A DNA stretch of 55,762 bases from an uncultured Akkermansia sp. (GTDB lineage: Bacteria > Verrucomicrobiota > Verrucomicrobiia > Opitutales > Opitutaceae): NCBI GenBank assembly GCA_964579225.1, contig CAZOGV010000001.1, positions 1 to 55,762 of the forward strand. Reading direction: 5' to 3'. The position numbers and the translations under genes were made by a program. Under the pieces are notes generated by a model, which made no database searches, was not told the origin of the DNA, and saw nothing but the letters and a program-made list of their open reading frames with translations. Positions 10,575-20,450 of the stretch are shown in pieces. The stretch's first letter is position 1. Every line of letters starts with the position of its first letter.

Positions 10575-10850
10575 TTACTCGGCGGCGACAGCGACGGGAG
10601 CGGCGGCGGCGGCCTTGCGGGCGGTCTTGATGAGGCTGTTGGCGGTGTCGGTAGGCTTGGCACCCTTGCTGAGCCAGTAGTCGGCGCGCTCGACGTTGAG
10701 CTTCAGGGACTCGTTCTTGGCGCGGGGATTGTAGGTGCCGAGGATCTCGGTGGCGGCGCCATCACGGCGGGAACGGGCTTCGGCGACCACAACGTGGTAA
10801 ACGGGATTGTGGGTGGAGCCGATGCGGGAGAGGCGGATTTTAAGGGCCAT
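10575..10850 (-). CDS. rpsP: 30S ribosomal protein S16
   Basis: MALKIRLSRIG, YHVVVAEARSRRDG, GTYNP, WLSKGAKPT. Confidence 0.97.
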   Translation of the reverse strand: MALKIRLSRIGSTHNPVYHVVVAEARSRRDGAATEILGTYNPRAKNESLKLNVERADYWLSKGAKPTDTANSLIKTARKAAAAAPVAVAAE

Positions 10851-11160
10851 GGAAGGTCGAGGGACGAGGTCTTGTAATTTGGAAAAGGGTGGAAAACACG
10901 GGGCGCGCGAACCGATGTCAAGCCGCCAATCGAGCCTCGAAAACGAAACGAAGCGATGCGGGAAAAACCCGCGCCACTCGGCCCACCCTCGCCACGAGCT
11001 GCGCGCTCGTCGATGGAGAAACGCAAATTTCCCGTCAGGAAAACGAGAAGCCGCATCCCGACCGCGTAGTCCGGCACGTGGAATCGCCGTCCCACCCGCC
11101 GACACCCAAGCGGAGACAAACCTTGACCGCCTCCCCACCCTGCGCGGAGCCTGACCCTTT

Positions 11161-12261
11161 ATGAAAGCAGGAATCGTCGGTCTCCCGAACGTGGGCAAGT
11201 CCACTCTCTTCAACGCCCTCACGCGCTCGCGCAAGGCCGAGGCCGCGAACTACCCGTTCTGCACCATCGACCCGAACGTCGGCGTCGTGACCGTGCCCGA
11301 TGATCGCGCCTACGCGCTCAAGGACATCGCCAAGACCAAGGTCGTCATCCCGGCCGTGATCGAGTTCGTCGATATCGCCGGCCTCGTCGCCGGTGCCAGC
11401 AAAGGCGAGGGCCTCGGCAACCAATTTCTCGCCAACATCCGCGAGACAGACGCCATCGTCCACGTCGTCCGCTGCTTCGAGGACCCCGACGTCATCCACA
11501 CCATGGGCACGGTCGATCCGGTGCGCGACATCGAGGTCATCACCACCGAGCTCGTGCTCTCCGATCTCGAAGCGGTCGAGAAGCGCCTCGCCAAGACCCA
11601 GAAGCTCGCCAAGGCCGGCGACAAGGATGCCCAGGCCGAGTTCGCCCTGCTCGAAAAACTCGTGCCCCACCTCAACGAGGGCAAACCCGCCAACGTGCTC
11701 GAGGCCACCGACGACGAGAAAAAGCTGCTCCAGTTTTTCCAACTCCTCTCCGCCAAGCCCGTGCTCTACGCGTGCAACGTGGCCGAGGGCGACCTAGCCA
11801 ACGCCGAGTCCAACCCCTTCGTGCAAAAAGTCGCCGAGTTCGTGAAGGTCCACCACGATGCCGCCTACGTGCCGATCAGCGCGCGCATCGAGGCCGAGCT
11901 CATCGACCTCGCGCCCGAGGAGGCGCTGGAATTCCTCAAGGATCTCGGCGTCACCGATTCCGGCGTGTCGAACCTCATCCGCGCCAGCTACTCGCTGCTC
12001 GGCTTGCAGACCTACTTCACCGCCGGCGAAAAAGAGGTCCGCGCCTGGACCATTCGCAAGGGTTGGAAAGCCCCGCAGGCCGCCGGCGTCATCCACACCG
12101 ACTTCGAGAAGAACTTCATCAAAGCCGAGGTCGTTTCCTTCGAAGATCTCGTTCGCCTCGGCAGCACTGCCGCCGCGCGCGAAGCCGGCAAGTATCGTCT
12201 CGAAGGCAAGGAATACGTCTTCAAGGACGGCGACGTCGCCCTCTTCAAGGTCGGCGCGTAA
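11161..12261 (+). CDS. ychF: redox-regulated ATPase YchF
   Basis: GIVGLPNVGKST, ANYPFCTIDPN, DIAGLV, TYFTAG, IHTDFE. Confidence 0.98.
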   Translation: MKAGIVGLPNVGKSTLFNALTRSRKAEAANYPFCTIDPNVGVVTVPDDRAYALKDIAKTKVVIPAVIEFVDIAGLVAGASKGEGLGNQFLANIRETDAIVHVVRCFEDPDVIHTMGTVDPVRDIEVITTELVLSDLEAVEKRLAKTQKLAKAGDKDAQAEFALLEKLVPHLNEGKPANVLEATDDEKKLLQFFQLLSAKPVLYACNVAEGDLANAESNPFVQKVAEFVKVHHDAAYVPISARIEAELIDLAPEEALEFLKDLGVTDSGVSNLIRASYSLLGLQTYFTAGEKEVRAWTIRKGWKAPQAAGVIHTDFEKNFIKAEVVSFEDLVRLGSTAAAREAGKYRLEGKEYVFKDGDVALFKVGA

Positions 12262-12270
12262 GGGATCGGA

Positions 12271-12345
12271 GGCGGCGGGGACAGAGCCCCGCCCTCCAAA
12301 ACCTGAGCGCTACCTGACTTGGAGGGCGGACCTCCGTGTCCGCCG
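12271..12345. repeat. GGAG-type REP-like units
   Basis: GGCGGGGACAGAGCCCCGCCCTCCA and TGGAGGGCGGACCTCCGTGTCCGCC. The same pair recurs at about 40979-41044. Confidence 0.75.
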
Positions 12346-12360
12346 CAGGGGACGCCCGCG

Positions 12361-12834
12361 TCACTCCATCATCATGGAGTCGCCGCCCATCATGCCCTCG
12401 GCGGCGGCGGGTTTTCCCGCGTCTTTTTCCGCCGTCTTGGCGGCGGCTTCCTTCGCCTCCTGCTCGGCCTTCGCGGCGCGCTCCTTCATGCGTTCGCCTT
12501 CCTGCTCGGTGCGCGTGCGCTCCATCGCGAGCTTCGCCGCGGCGCGCTCCTTCTCGCTGATGCGGCCATCCTTGTTGGTGTCGAAGCGCTCCAACATTTC
12601 GGCGCGCTCCTTCTGATATTTTTCGCGGTCGGCGGCTTTGTCAGCCTTGTCCGCCTCCCACTCGGCGCGCTCCGTTTCGTCGAGCACACCGTCTTTGTTG
12701 CGGTCGTATTTTCTCAGCACCGAGGGCGGCACGGGATCGTCCGCCGACTTTTTTTCGTCCGCGCGTGAAACCGAGGCGCAGACGAGCAACGAGGATACGA
12801 GGGCGAAACGGAGCAGGGTAGAATGAATTTTCAT
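12361..12834 (-). CDS. secreted EF-hand protein
   Basis: Signal peptide. Two EF-hand loops, DRNKDGVLDETE and DTNKDGRISEKE. Confidence 0.85.
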   Translation of the reverse strand: MKIHSTLLRFALVSSLLVCASVSRADEKKSADDPVPPSVLRKYDRNKDGVLDETERAEWEADKADKAADREKYQKERAEMLERFDTNKDGRISEKERAAAKLAMERTRTEQEGERMKERAAKAEQEAKEAAAKTAEKDAGKPAAAEGMMGGDSMMME

Positions 12835-12880
12835 GGGTAATGAATGTTTTCAAAAATGACGCCCCCACCCTGCACCGGTT

Positions 12881-15439
12881 TCACTTCGGGCGCACCACCA
12901 AACGCTGCCGTTTCGCGCCCGCCAGCCAGGTGGCGGCGAAACGCTTCAGGTCCGCGACCTTCACCGCCGCCAGACGTTCGTCCCACTGCGCGAGGCTCTC
13001 CACCGGCAACCCGAGCAGGGTGCGCACCGACGCCTCGCCGGCGCGCGCGGCGTTGGTTTGCAGGCGCATGCGGCGCGAGGCCTGCAACCGCGTGATCGCG
13101 CTCGCCAACTCCGCCTTATCGATGCGGCCCGCCGCGATGCGCGCGACCTCGGCGTCGAACTCCGCCAGCACCTCGTCCTCCTTGCCGGGCTGCGTGCCGG
13201 CGTAGAGATAAAACATGCCGTCTTCCACGCCGACCACGCGGCTCGCGCTCACGAAGTAGGCCAGGCCCTTCTCCTCGCGCACGCGCTCAAAAAGCTTCGA
13301 CGCCATGCCGCTGAGTATCTCGTGCAACACCGCCGCCGCCGTGTCGTCGGCGTGCAAGGCCCCCGGCCCCGGGAAGGCGTCGAACACCAGCGCTTGCTGG
13401 CACTCGCGCGTCTGCACATGCGCCGCCGCCTTGGCCGCCACATGGCGCGCGGGCTTCACGGGCGCCGCGCCCTTGGGCAGTTTGGCGAGCCAGCGGGTCA
13501 GCGCGGGCACGAGCGTCTTTTCCTCGAAATCGCCCGCCACCGCCACGACGACGTTGCCGCCGACGGCGAGCTTCTTCCACAGCGCGCGCAGATCGGCCGG
13601 CTTGAGCGCGGCCACGCCCTCCGGGTCGCCGTGCGCATCGAGCGCGAAGGCGTGGTCGCCGAAAAACTTTTTGCGCGCGAGGCGGTGGCCCGCGCTCACT
13701 ACGTCGTCCTCGTCCTGCTGGAGCTGGGCCAGCTCGGCGTCGCGCTCGACCTCGAAGGTGCGCGGCGCGAAGGCGGGCGTGAGCACGGCGTCGCGCAACA
13801 ACTCGACCGCCAGGGCGGCGTCGCCCGGCAGCACTTCGAGCGCGAGACCGAGGGTGTTGTTGCCCGACATGGGCGAGAAACTGCCGCCCACCGCCTCGAT
13901 GGCCTCGGCCACCTCGGCGGCGTCGCGCTTCTTGGTATCTTTGGTCAACAGGTTCGCGAGCAAGGCGCTCGCGCCGCGCTTGCCGGCGGCTTCGTGCAGC
14001 GGCCCGCCCTCGCAGATGAGTTGAAGGTGCAGGTTCGGCTGGCGGTCGTCGCGCCGCAGGAGCAGGCGCACGCCGTTGGGCAAAGTTTTGAGCGTCCAAT
14101 CACAGGAACGGGAGGCGGCGGGCGCGATGACCTTGGTCTCGGCGGCGGAGGGCTTGGGATCGAGCGAGACGGTGTTCTCGCGCTCGGGGGCGAGCCATTC
14201 GCGCAACACGCGGCGCAACTCGGCGGGCGTGGCGGCGGCGACGCGGGCGAACCAGTTGCGGCTGAAATCAAGATCGCCCGCCACGACTTCGGCCGAGCCG
14301 AGGCGCGCGGCGCGGCGCGAGGTGGTCTTGCGTCCGCCGATCTCGCCGACCACGAGCTGGCGCACGGCGCGCGCGAGCTCGGCGGGTTTGAAGCCGCGCG
14401 CGGCGATGCGCGTGAGCTCGGCGCGGATCTCGCGCTCGGCCGCCGCGCGTTTGCCGGGGTCGGCGCTGAAGAAGATCGCGAACAGGCCCGCCTCGCCGGG
14501 CGACCAGTGGTGCGCGTCGATGGAGTGCACGAGGCGCTTCTTTTCGCGCAGGCATTGCCAGAGCGGCGAGCTGTCACCGTGGCCGATCACGACCGCGAGC
14601 AGATCGAGCAGCGGCGCGTCGGGATGAGTGAGCGCGACGGAGGGCCAGGCGATGGAGCCGCGCGACTGCTCGACCTCGGCGGTCTCGCGGCGCACGCGGG
14701 GCGCGAGCTGCGCGTATTCGGAAGGTTGATACACGGGCGCGAGGCGGCGACGCGGGGCGGAGCCGAAGTGCTTTTCGACCGAGGCGCGCGCGGCCTCGGC
14801 GGAGATGTCGCCCGCGATCACGACCACGAGGTTGTTGGGCGCGTAGCGTTCGCGGTAGTAGGCGAGCAGCTCGTCGCGCGTGACGGCGGAAAACACGTCG
14901 CGGTGGCCGATCACGGGTTCGCGCAACGGGTGTTGCTTGAAGACGGTGCGGGCGAGCGCGTCCCAGTGGCGACGATCATGATCGTCTTCGCCCATGGCGA
15001 TCTCGCGCAGGATGACGTCGCGTTCGCGCGCGACCTCGTCGGCGGGCAACGCGCTGTGCAGAGCCATGTCGGCGAGCAGATCGACCGCGACCTCGAGATG
15101 CGGCGCGGGCAGGTCGATGTAATAAACGGTGCGGTCGTAGGTGGTGTAGGCGTTTATCTGACCGCCGTGGGCCTGCACGGTGGCGGTGATCTCGCGGCCA
15201 GCGCGGCGCTTGGTGCCCTTGAAGAGGAGGTGCTCAAGATAATGCGATAGGCCCGCGCCGAGGAGCGTGCCTTCGTGCTGGCTGCCGGTTTTGACCCATA
15301 CCTGCACGGATACGACCGGCGCGGCGTCATCGGGCTGCACGAGCAGCACGAGGCCGTTTTCAAGTTCGGTGCGGTGAACAGGCTGGGCCCAAAGGCGTTC
15401 GAGGAGGCGGCGATCGGCGGGAGCGAGCAGGGAGGGCAT
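12881..15439 (-). CDS. M16 (pitrilysin/insulinase) family zinc peptidase, fused halves
   Basis: Inverted zinc motif HYLEH, NAYT, second inactive half with SKLFERVREEKGLAY. Confidence 0.93.
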   Translation of the reverse strand: MPSLLAPADRRLLERLWAQPVHRTELENGLVLLVQPDDAAPVVSVQVWVKTGSQHEGTLLGAGLSHYLEHLLFKGTKRRAGREITATVQAHGGQINAYTTYDRTVYYIDLPAPHLEVAVDLLADMALHSALPADEVARERDVILREIAMGEDDHDRRHWDALARTVFKQHPLREPVIGHRDVFSAVTRDELLAYYRERYAPNNLVVVIAGDISAEAARASVEKHFGSAPRRRLAPVYQPSEYAQLAPRVRRETAEVEQSRGSIAWPSVALTHPDAPLLDLLAVVIGHGDSSPLWQCLREKKRLVHSIDAHHWSPGEAGLFAIFFSADPGKRAAAEREIRAELTRIAARGFKPAELARAVRQLVVGEIGGRKTTSRRAARLGSAEVVAGDLDFSRNWFARVAAATPAELRRVLREWLAPERENTVSLDPKPSAAETKVIAPAASRSCDWTLKTLPNGVRLLLRRDDRQPNLHLQLICEGGPLHEAAGKRGASALLANLLTKDTKKRDAAEVAEAIEAVGGSFSPMSGNNTLGLALEVLPGDAALAVELLRDAVLTPAFAPRTFEVERDAELAQLQQDEDDVVSAGHRLARKKFFGDHAFALDAHGDPEGVAALKPADLRALWKKLAVGGNVVVAVAGDFEEKTLVPALTRWLAKLPKGAAPVKPARHVAAKAAAHVQTRECQQALVFDAFPGPGALHADDTAAAVLHEILSGMASKLFERVREEKGLAYFVSASRVVGVEDGMFYLYAGTQPGKEDEVLAEFDAEVARIAAGRIDKAELASAITRLQASRRMRLQTNAARAGEASVRTLLGLPVESLAQWDERLAAVKVADLKRFAATWLAGAKRQRLVVRPK

Positions 15440-15493
15440 CAGCCCTCAACGTGCGGGTCGGACGACCAATGACAAAGAAGAATCCGCCTCGGC

Positions 15494-15925
15494 TCACTCC
15501 GCCTCGGCCAGGCTCTGCGTCGGCAGGCGGCGGGCGGCCGGCTGAAAAGGCCGCACGAAGGCGACGTCGAAGTCATACACGTCGTGAAAATCCTCGCGGC
15601 GGTCGGCGTCGGTTTTGCTGAAGACGTTATATTCGATCAGATTGTAAACGATTTCGCCGAAATCGACCGTGCCGCGCAGCCCCCAGACGTTGAGCACGGT
15701 GAGCGTCATGGGGCCGAACTGATCGAGCGCGTAAGCGCGCAGCCCCTCGGAAAGCTCACGGCCACTCACGTGTTTGGAAACGCGCGCACGATCCGAGTCG
15801 CGTTTTTTGAGTTCCTTCACCGCGTGTTCCAAACCATCGCGCACGAAACCGTAGGCCAGCCGGTCGAATCTAGAGTCCTCTTTCAGAATCAGGCTGACGA
15901 TGGCGTTGAAATCGAGCTCGGGCAT
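15494..15925 (-). CDS. Planctomycete/Verrucomicrobia-restricted protein (Minf_1886 type)
   Basis: AY.FVR..L, HVSG.EL..G.R.YAL..FG.M...VL..WG...T.DFGEIVYNLI. Confidence 0.85.
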   Translation of the reverse strand: MPELDFNAIVSLILKEDSRFDRLAYGFVRDGLEHAVKELKKRDSDRARVSKHVSGRELSEGLRAYALDQFGPMTLTVLNVWGLRGTVDFGEIVYNLIEYNVFSKTDADRREDFHDVYDFDVAFVRPFQPAARRLPTQSLAEAE

Positions 15926-16145
15926 CTGGTCAGGAAAAAGACTAATGCCGGCCCCGCGCGCAACCCAGCATTCGCGTCCGCGCATCCCCCTGCTCATAGG
16001 ATTTTCACCCGGCGTGTATGCGCTTCGCTGGCGGTAGGTAACAAACCTTGGGTAATAATACCCAATAATAGCACCGCTTTGCGATTTGTGTTTCAAAAAA
16101 GTAACTGCACGTTGCACTAAACCCCTACTTTCCCGTTTGAATACC

Positions 16146-16685
16146 ATGATCTCCTCCACGCAAACCAATCACCCCCTTCAAGGCGGTGTTGCCACCTCCG
16201 ATGAATTGCCTTCGCGCCTCGCGGTCGCCTGCTCCCGCTTGCGCGAAGCCGGCCTGCGCATCACCCAGCCTCGCATCGCGATCATCAAAACCCTGATCGC
16301 CAATACCCAACCGATCAGCATCGAGCAAATCCATGCCGAGCTGAAGATCCGCTCCTGCGATCTGGTGACGGTTTACCGCTGTCTCGGCGCTTTTGAAGAA
16401 ATCGGCCTCGTGCGCCGCTCCTTCTACCATAACGGCACCAGCCTCTACCACATCGCCGATCGCAAGGACACCGTCTATCACATCGTCACCAAGGACACCC
16501 AAGATATCCGCGACCTCGACACCGGCACTAGCGCCGAGCTCGCCGCCGCTATCAAAAAGGTCGAGGAGCAGCTAAAGGCCGACGGCTACGAAAACATCAC
16601 CCACGTTCTCGAGTTTTTCGCCAAGACTCCCTCCGCCGCCCGCGCCGCGCAGCCTGACGTGCAGGTGCCCGCCGACGCGCTCTAA
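16146..16685 (+). CDS. Fur-family transcriptional regulator (atypical C-terminal domain)
   Basis: LREAGLRITQPR..II..L, DLVTVYRCL..FEEIGLV winged helix. Confidence 0.85.
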   Translation: MISSTQTNHPLQGGVATSDELPSRLAVACSRLREAGLRITQPRIAIIKTLIANTQPISIEQIHAELKIRSCDLVTVYRCLGAFEEIGLVRRSFYHNGTSLYHIADRKDTVYHIVTKDTQDIRDLDTGTSAELAAAIKKVEEQLKADGYENITHVLEFFAKTPSAARAAQPDVQVPADAL

Positions 16686-16732
16686 ATCCGACAGTGCTAC
16701 CTCGCGGCGAATTCTTCGCCCGAGACTTAGAC

Positions 16733-16766
16733 AAAAAAGGCCGCCTCTCACCGGGGCGGCCTTTTT
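16733..16766. terminator. bidirectional terminator between fur-like and sod
   Basis: AAAAAAGGCCGCC-loop-GGCGGCCTTTTT. Confidence 0.85.
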
Positions 16767-16783
16767 GCGTTTGCCGACCGGCA

Positions 16784-16897
16784 CGTAGCGGAAGCGCGGA
16801 GCGCTTTCGTTCCGAAATCGAACAACCGCTGCGGATAAACCCGAAACGACTCCGCCCGCCTTCGCCGAGGCTTCGGAGGGCAGGTCGTTCCGCTACG
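16784..16897. repeat. GTAG-type REP doublet (GTAGCGGAAGCGCGGAGCGCTTTCG family) with a nested mini-hairpin
   Basis: Same family at 45772-45841, 45895-45969 and inside rfbG and rfbH. Confidence 0.85.
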
Positions 16898-16931
16898 CGG
16901 GCAAGCCGTTACGCCTTGAGCGCCTCCCCAT

Positions 16932-17681
16932 TCAGTGCGCCGCCGCGTAGGCCGCCTCGGCCGCGTCCCAGTTGAGCACGCTCCAGAAAGCCTTCACGTA
17001 GTCGGCGCGGCGATTCTGGTAATTCAGGTAGTAGGCGTGCTCCCACACATCGAGGCCGATCACCGGCTGCTCGCCGTTCATGAGCGGCGAATCCTGGTTG
17101 GCGGTGGACACGATCACGAGCGCGCCATCCTTGACGACGAGCCAGGCCCAGCCGCTTCCGAAACGAGTCATCGCCGCCTGCGCGAAAGTATTCTTGAACT
17201 CCTCCATCGAGCCGAAATCCGCGACGATGGCGGCTTGCAGCTTGCCCGCGCGATAATCGGCCGCAGGCGCGAGCGATTTCCAGAAAAACGCATGGTTCAG
17301 GTGGCCGCCCAACTGGTTGCGCAAGGTGGTTCGCAGCGGCTCGGCGAAGGCGGAGAGGCGGGTGATAAGCTGCTCGCCGCTCAACTCGCGCAGGTCGGGC
17401 CGAGCCTCGAGCGCCTTGTTCGCAGCCGTGATATAGGCCTGGTGATGCTTCGAGTGGTGAATCTCCATCGTGCGCGCGTCGAAGTGCGGCTCGAGCGCGT
17501 CGTAGGCGTAGGGCAGATTGGGCAACACGAAGGGCTGCGGCGTGCCACCGCCGATGCCTCCTCCGACGCGCGCCGACGACTGCGCATCGAGCGATCCTCG
17601 CGCGAAGGCCAGCACGGCGGCTCCGGCGCCGAGGGTTTTGAGCATGTTGCGACGCGACACGGCGGTGGTGTGGGGATGCAT
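16932..17681 (-). CDS. Fe/Mn superoxide dismutase with Tat signal peptide
   Basis: SRRNMLK twin-Arg leader. [39 protein letters not shown]. Confidence 0.95.
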   Translation of the reverse strand: MHPHTTAVSRRNMLKTLGAGAAVLAFARGSLDAQSSARVGGGIGGGTPQPFVLPNLPYAYDALEPHFDARTMEIHHSKHHQAYITAANKALEARPDLRELSGEQLITRLSAFAEPLRTTLRNQLGGHLNHAFFWKSLAPAADYRAGKLQAAIVADFGSMEEFKNTFAQAAMTRFGSGWAWLVVKDGALVIVSTANQDSPLMNGEQPVIGLDVWEHAYYLNYQNRRADYVKAFWSVLNWDAAEAAYAAAH

Positions 17682-17751
17682 ACGGATAGCAGAACCAATC
17701 CGGCTTCCGGCGCAAACCCTGGAATATAGCTTCGCAAACTTAGCCAAAACC

Positions 17752-18471
17752 TTACGCGCAACGATAACCCACCCCGTGAACCGTAAGAATGACGCGGGGC
17801 GTTTCGGGCTCGGGCTCCACTTTTTTCCGCAGCTGCGCCACGTGCTGGTCGAGCGTGCGCGTGGTGCCGACATAGCCCACGCCCCAGACCGCGTTGAGCA
17901 ACTGGTCGCGGGTCAGCGTTTCGCCCGCGTGCGCCGCGAACACCTCCGCCAGCTTGAGCTCGCGCGCGGTCAACGACTCCGCCTCCCGCCCCGGCATGCG
18001 CACCGAGAAAGTGCGCCGGTCGATCTCCGCCGCGCCTAACCTGAACACCGGAGGCAGGGTCGCCGCGCCCGCCCCCGCCCTGCCGCCATTCGCCGCCGCA
18101 GAGGCGCGGCCGCGCCGGAGCAAGGCCTCCACCCGCGCCAGCAGCTCGTGCACGCCGAAGGGTTTTACGACGTAGTCGTCAGCCCCGAGTTTCAAGCCCA
18201 CGACCTTGTCCACCTCCTCTCCCTTGGCGGTAAGGAAGAGCACCGGCACGCCCGCGCCCGCCGCGCGCAGCTCGCGACACACGTCGTAACCACTGGCCTT
18301 GGGCATCATGACGTCGAGCATGACGAGGTCGTATTTGGATTGCGGATACAGCTTGAGCGCCTGCGCGCCGTCCGAGGCGGCGACGACGTCGTAGCCCTCG
18401 CTCTCCAGCGTGGCGATGAGCCCGAGGCGGATGTTGGCGTCGTCTTCGGCGATGAGAATGCGGGCTTTCAT
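17752..18471 (-). CDS. OmpR/PhoB-family response regulator
   Basis: Receiver domain (EDD, LDVMMP, FLTA, KPF) plus wHTH ([20 protein letters not shown]). Confidence 0.96.
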   Translation of the reverse strand: MKARILIAEDDANIRLGLIATLESEGYDVVAASDGAQALKLYPQSKYDLVMLDVMMPKASGYDVCRELRAAGAGVPVLFLTAKGEEVDKVVGLKLGADDYVVKPFGVHELLARVEALLRRGRASAAANGGRAGAGAATLPPVFRLGAAEIDRRTFSVRMPGREAESLTARELKLAEVFAAHAGETLTRDQLLNAVWGVGYVGTTRTLDQHVAQLRKKVEPEPETPRVILTVHGVGYRCA

Positions 18472-20348
18472 GAAAGAGTAAGCGTGAACTGCGCGCCGCC
18501 GCCTTCGCGGGCGCGGCACGCGAGGTCGCCGCCGAGGCCGCGGGCGAGTTGGCGCGCGATGCTCAAGCCGAGCCCCGCCCCGCCCCGCTCGGCGGTCAGA
18601 CGCTCGTCCACGCGGTGAAATTTTTCAAAGATGCGCTCGCACTGCTCCGCCGGCACGCCGGGTCCGCGATCCGCGACCGTCACGCGCGCGCCCGCGTTCG
18701 TCTTTTGCACGGAAAGCAAAACCTCGCCGCCCTCGACCGCGTATTTGCAGGCGTTGTCGAGCAGGTTGAGCACGATCTGCTCCACCGCGTCGCGATCGGT
18801 CGAGACCGGCAGGCTCCCGGGCGACTCGAGACCGAGCGTGAGCCCCGCCTCGGCGAGACGCGGACCATGCACCTCGGCGAGCCGACGTAGCTCGGCCGCG
18901 AGGTCGAACTCCACGCGCTCGTATTTCTTTTTTCCCTGCTCGAGCCGACTAAAATCGAGCACGTTGCCCACCAGCCGACCGAGCCGCTGCGTCTCATGGC
19001 CGATGGTTTCAAGATAGGCCACCCGCTTCGCCTCGTCGCGCACGCGCCCCTGCGCGAGCAGGTCGGCGTAGAGGCGGATCGTGGTCAGCGGCGTCTTCAA
19101 CTCGTGCGATACGTTGGCCACGAAGGAGGTTTTCAAAACCGCCTCCTGCTCGCTCAGCCGCGCCTGCCGCACCAGCAGGCCGCCCGCCGCGAGAATGAAA
19201 AACACCAGCAAGGCGATGAGCGCGGCCCCGAACGCGAAAAAATTCGATGGCGCGGAGCCGGCGTAATCCTTCGCATGCCCCGCCGTCACGCGCCAGCCCG
19301 GCAGGGCGGCGAGCGGAATCGTGATCGACCCCGCCAGCCCCTCGGCCCCGACGCTATGCCACAAGCGATCGACTCCATCGCGCAATTCGTAAGCCTCGCT
19401 CGAGTCGGGGTTGGCCGGGAAAACTTCTCCGAGGCGCGCCTTGATCGCATCCAGCGCGAGTTCCAGACCGATGACGGTGCCGTCGGAAAGTCGCCGCCAG
19501 CCGAGCAGGCGCAAGCCGCTCTCGTCCGTCCACGGCGTCCAGCCCGAGCCAAGATCCTGCGGCGGCGGCGTATCCAGGACACGACTACTGGCGCCACCAA
19601 AGGAGCGCCCCGGTGCGACCGAGTCGGCGGCGGCAAACGAGTCCGAAGCGCCTTGCTTAAGTGAGAACAAAGAATCGGAAAATGATGAGGCTGCGGATGC
19701 CGACGCCAACGCGGGCTCGGGCGCGGATGGAGCCGGGGGAGCGGAAGCAACCGACGGAGCCGGAGCCGAGGAGACGCGTTGCCGCGCCAGGACCTGAAGT
19801 TCCTGCCGGGCTTTCTGATATTGCCCGACGTTGTAGGAGATCTCTTCGCGCGCCTGATCCGTCGCCGCTGTTTCTTCGGCGAGCACGAGGCGACGTTCGG
19901 CGGGAGCCGCCATCGCCGCCGTGGGCGCGGGTGAGGCGGCAAGTTCGGCCTCGGATTTCCCATTCGTCTCGCCGAGCCATGTTCTCACCGCGACGGCCGG
20001 GCCGCCCCAGACGACCTGGCCTTCGGCGGTGGCGCGAAACACGTCGCGCACGAGCGCGTTGCCGGTCTGCCAATCGGTGAGAAACGCGCGCGGCTCGGCC
20101 TCGGGCGCTTCCGTGAGCGTGGCCATGAGGGCGGACTGCACGTCGCCGACGAGCAGCTCGATGTTCTCCGCGATCAGTCGCGCGCGCGTCTCCACCGCCG
20201 CGCGCCGCGCGCCGCCCGCCGCCGCCTCGCGCTCCGCCAGCCGCGCCTGCTCCCGCGCCAGCAAACCGAGCGCCAGCCCGCCGACCGCAAGCGCGGGCAA
20301 CAGGAGCAACACGGCGTAGAGCCAAAGGCGGCGAGTGGTGGCGGTCAT
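18468..20348 (-). CDS. membrane sensor histidine kinase
   Basis: Two TM segments. H-box SHELKTPLT, N-box NLLDNACKY, DRGPG, GAGLGLSI. Confidence 0.95.
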   Translation of the reverse strand: MTATTRRLWLYAVLLLLPALAVGGLALGLLAREQARLAEREAAAGGARRAAVETRARLIAENIELLVGDVQSALMATLTEAPEAEPRAFLTDWQTGNALVRDVFRATAEGQVVWGGPAVAVRTWLGETNGKSEAELAASPAPTAAMAAPAERRLVLAEETAATDQAREEISYNVGQYQKARQELQVLARQRVSSAPAPSVASAPPAPSAPEPALASASAASSFSDSLFSLKQGASDSFAAADSVAPGRSFGGASSRVLDTPPPQDLGSGWTPWTDESGLRLLGWRRLSDGTVIGLELALDAIKARLGEVFPANPDSSEAYELRDGVDRLWHSVGAEGLAGSITIPLAALPGWRVTAGHAKDYAGSAPSNFFAFGAALIALLVFFILAAGGLLVRQARLSEQEAVLKTSFVANVSHELKTPLTTIRLYADLLAQGRVRDEAKRVAYLETIGHETQRLGRLVGNVLDFSRLEQGKKKYERVEFDLAAELRRLAEVHGPRLAEAGLTLGLESPGSLPVSTDRDAVEQIVLNLLDNACKYAVEGGEVLLSVQKTNAGARVTVADRGPGVPAEQCERIFEKFHRVDERLTAERGGAGLGLSIARQLARGLGGDLACRAREGGGAQFTLTLS

Positions 20349-20373
20349 GGGAGGCGAAGAGGAAGGGTGCTAA

Positions 20374-20437
20374 GGTAGGGACGGACCGCCGGGCCGTCCG
20401 TGAGACGCGCTGGCGGGCCCGGCGGTCCCGCCCTACC
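20374..20437. repeat. GTAG-type REP doublet (GGTAGGGACGGACCGCYGGGCCGTCCG family)
   Basis: Same family at 29329-29413 and 43377-43403. Confidence 0.88.
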
Positions 20438-20450
20438 TACGAAAGCAAAC

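Noticed and set aside
16100-16118. Possible Fur-type box GTAAC-N5-GTTGC
   Set aside because: Short and imperfect, so it cannot be told from chance.
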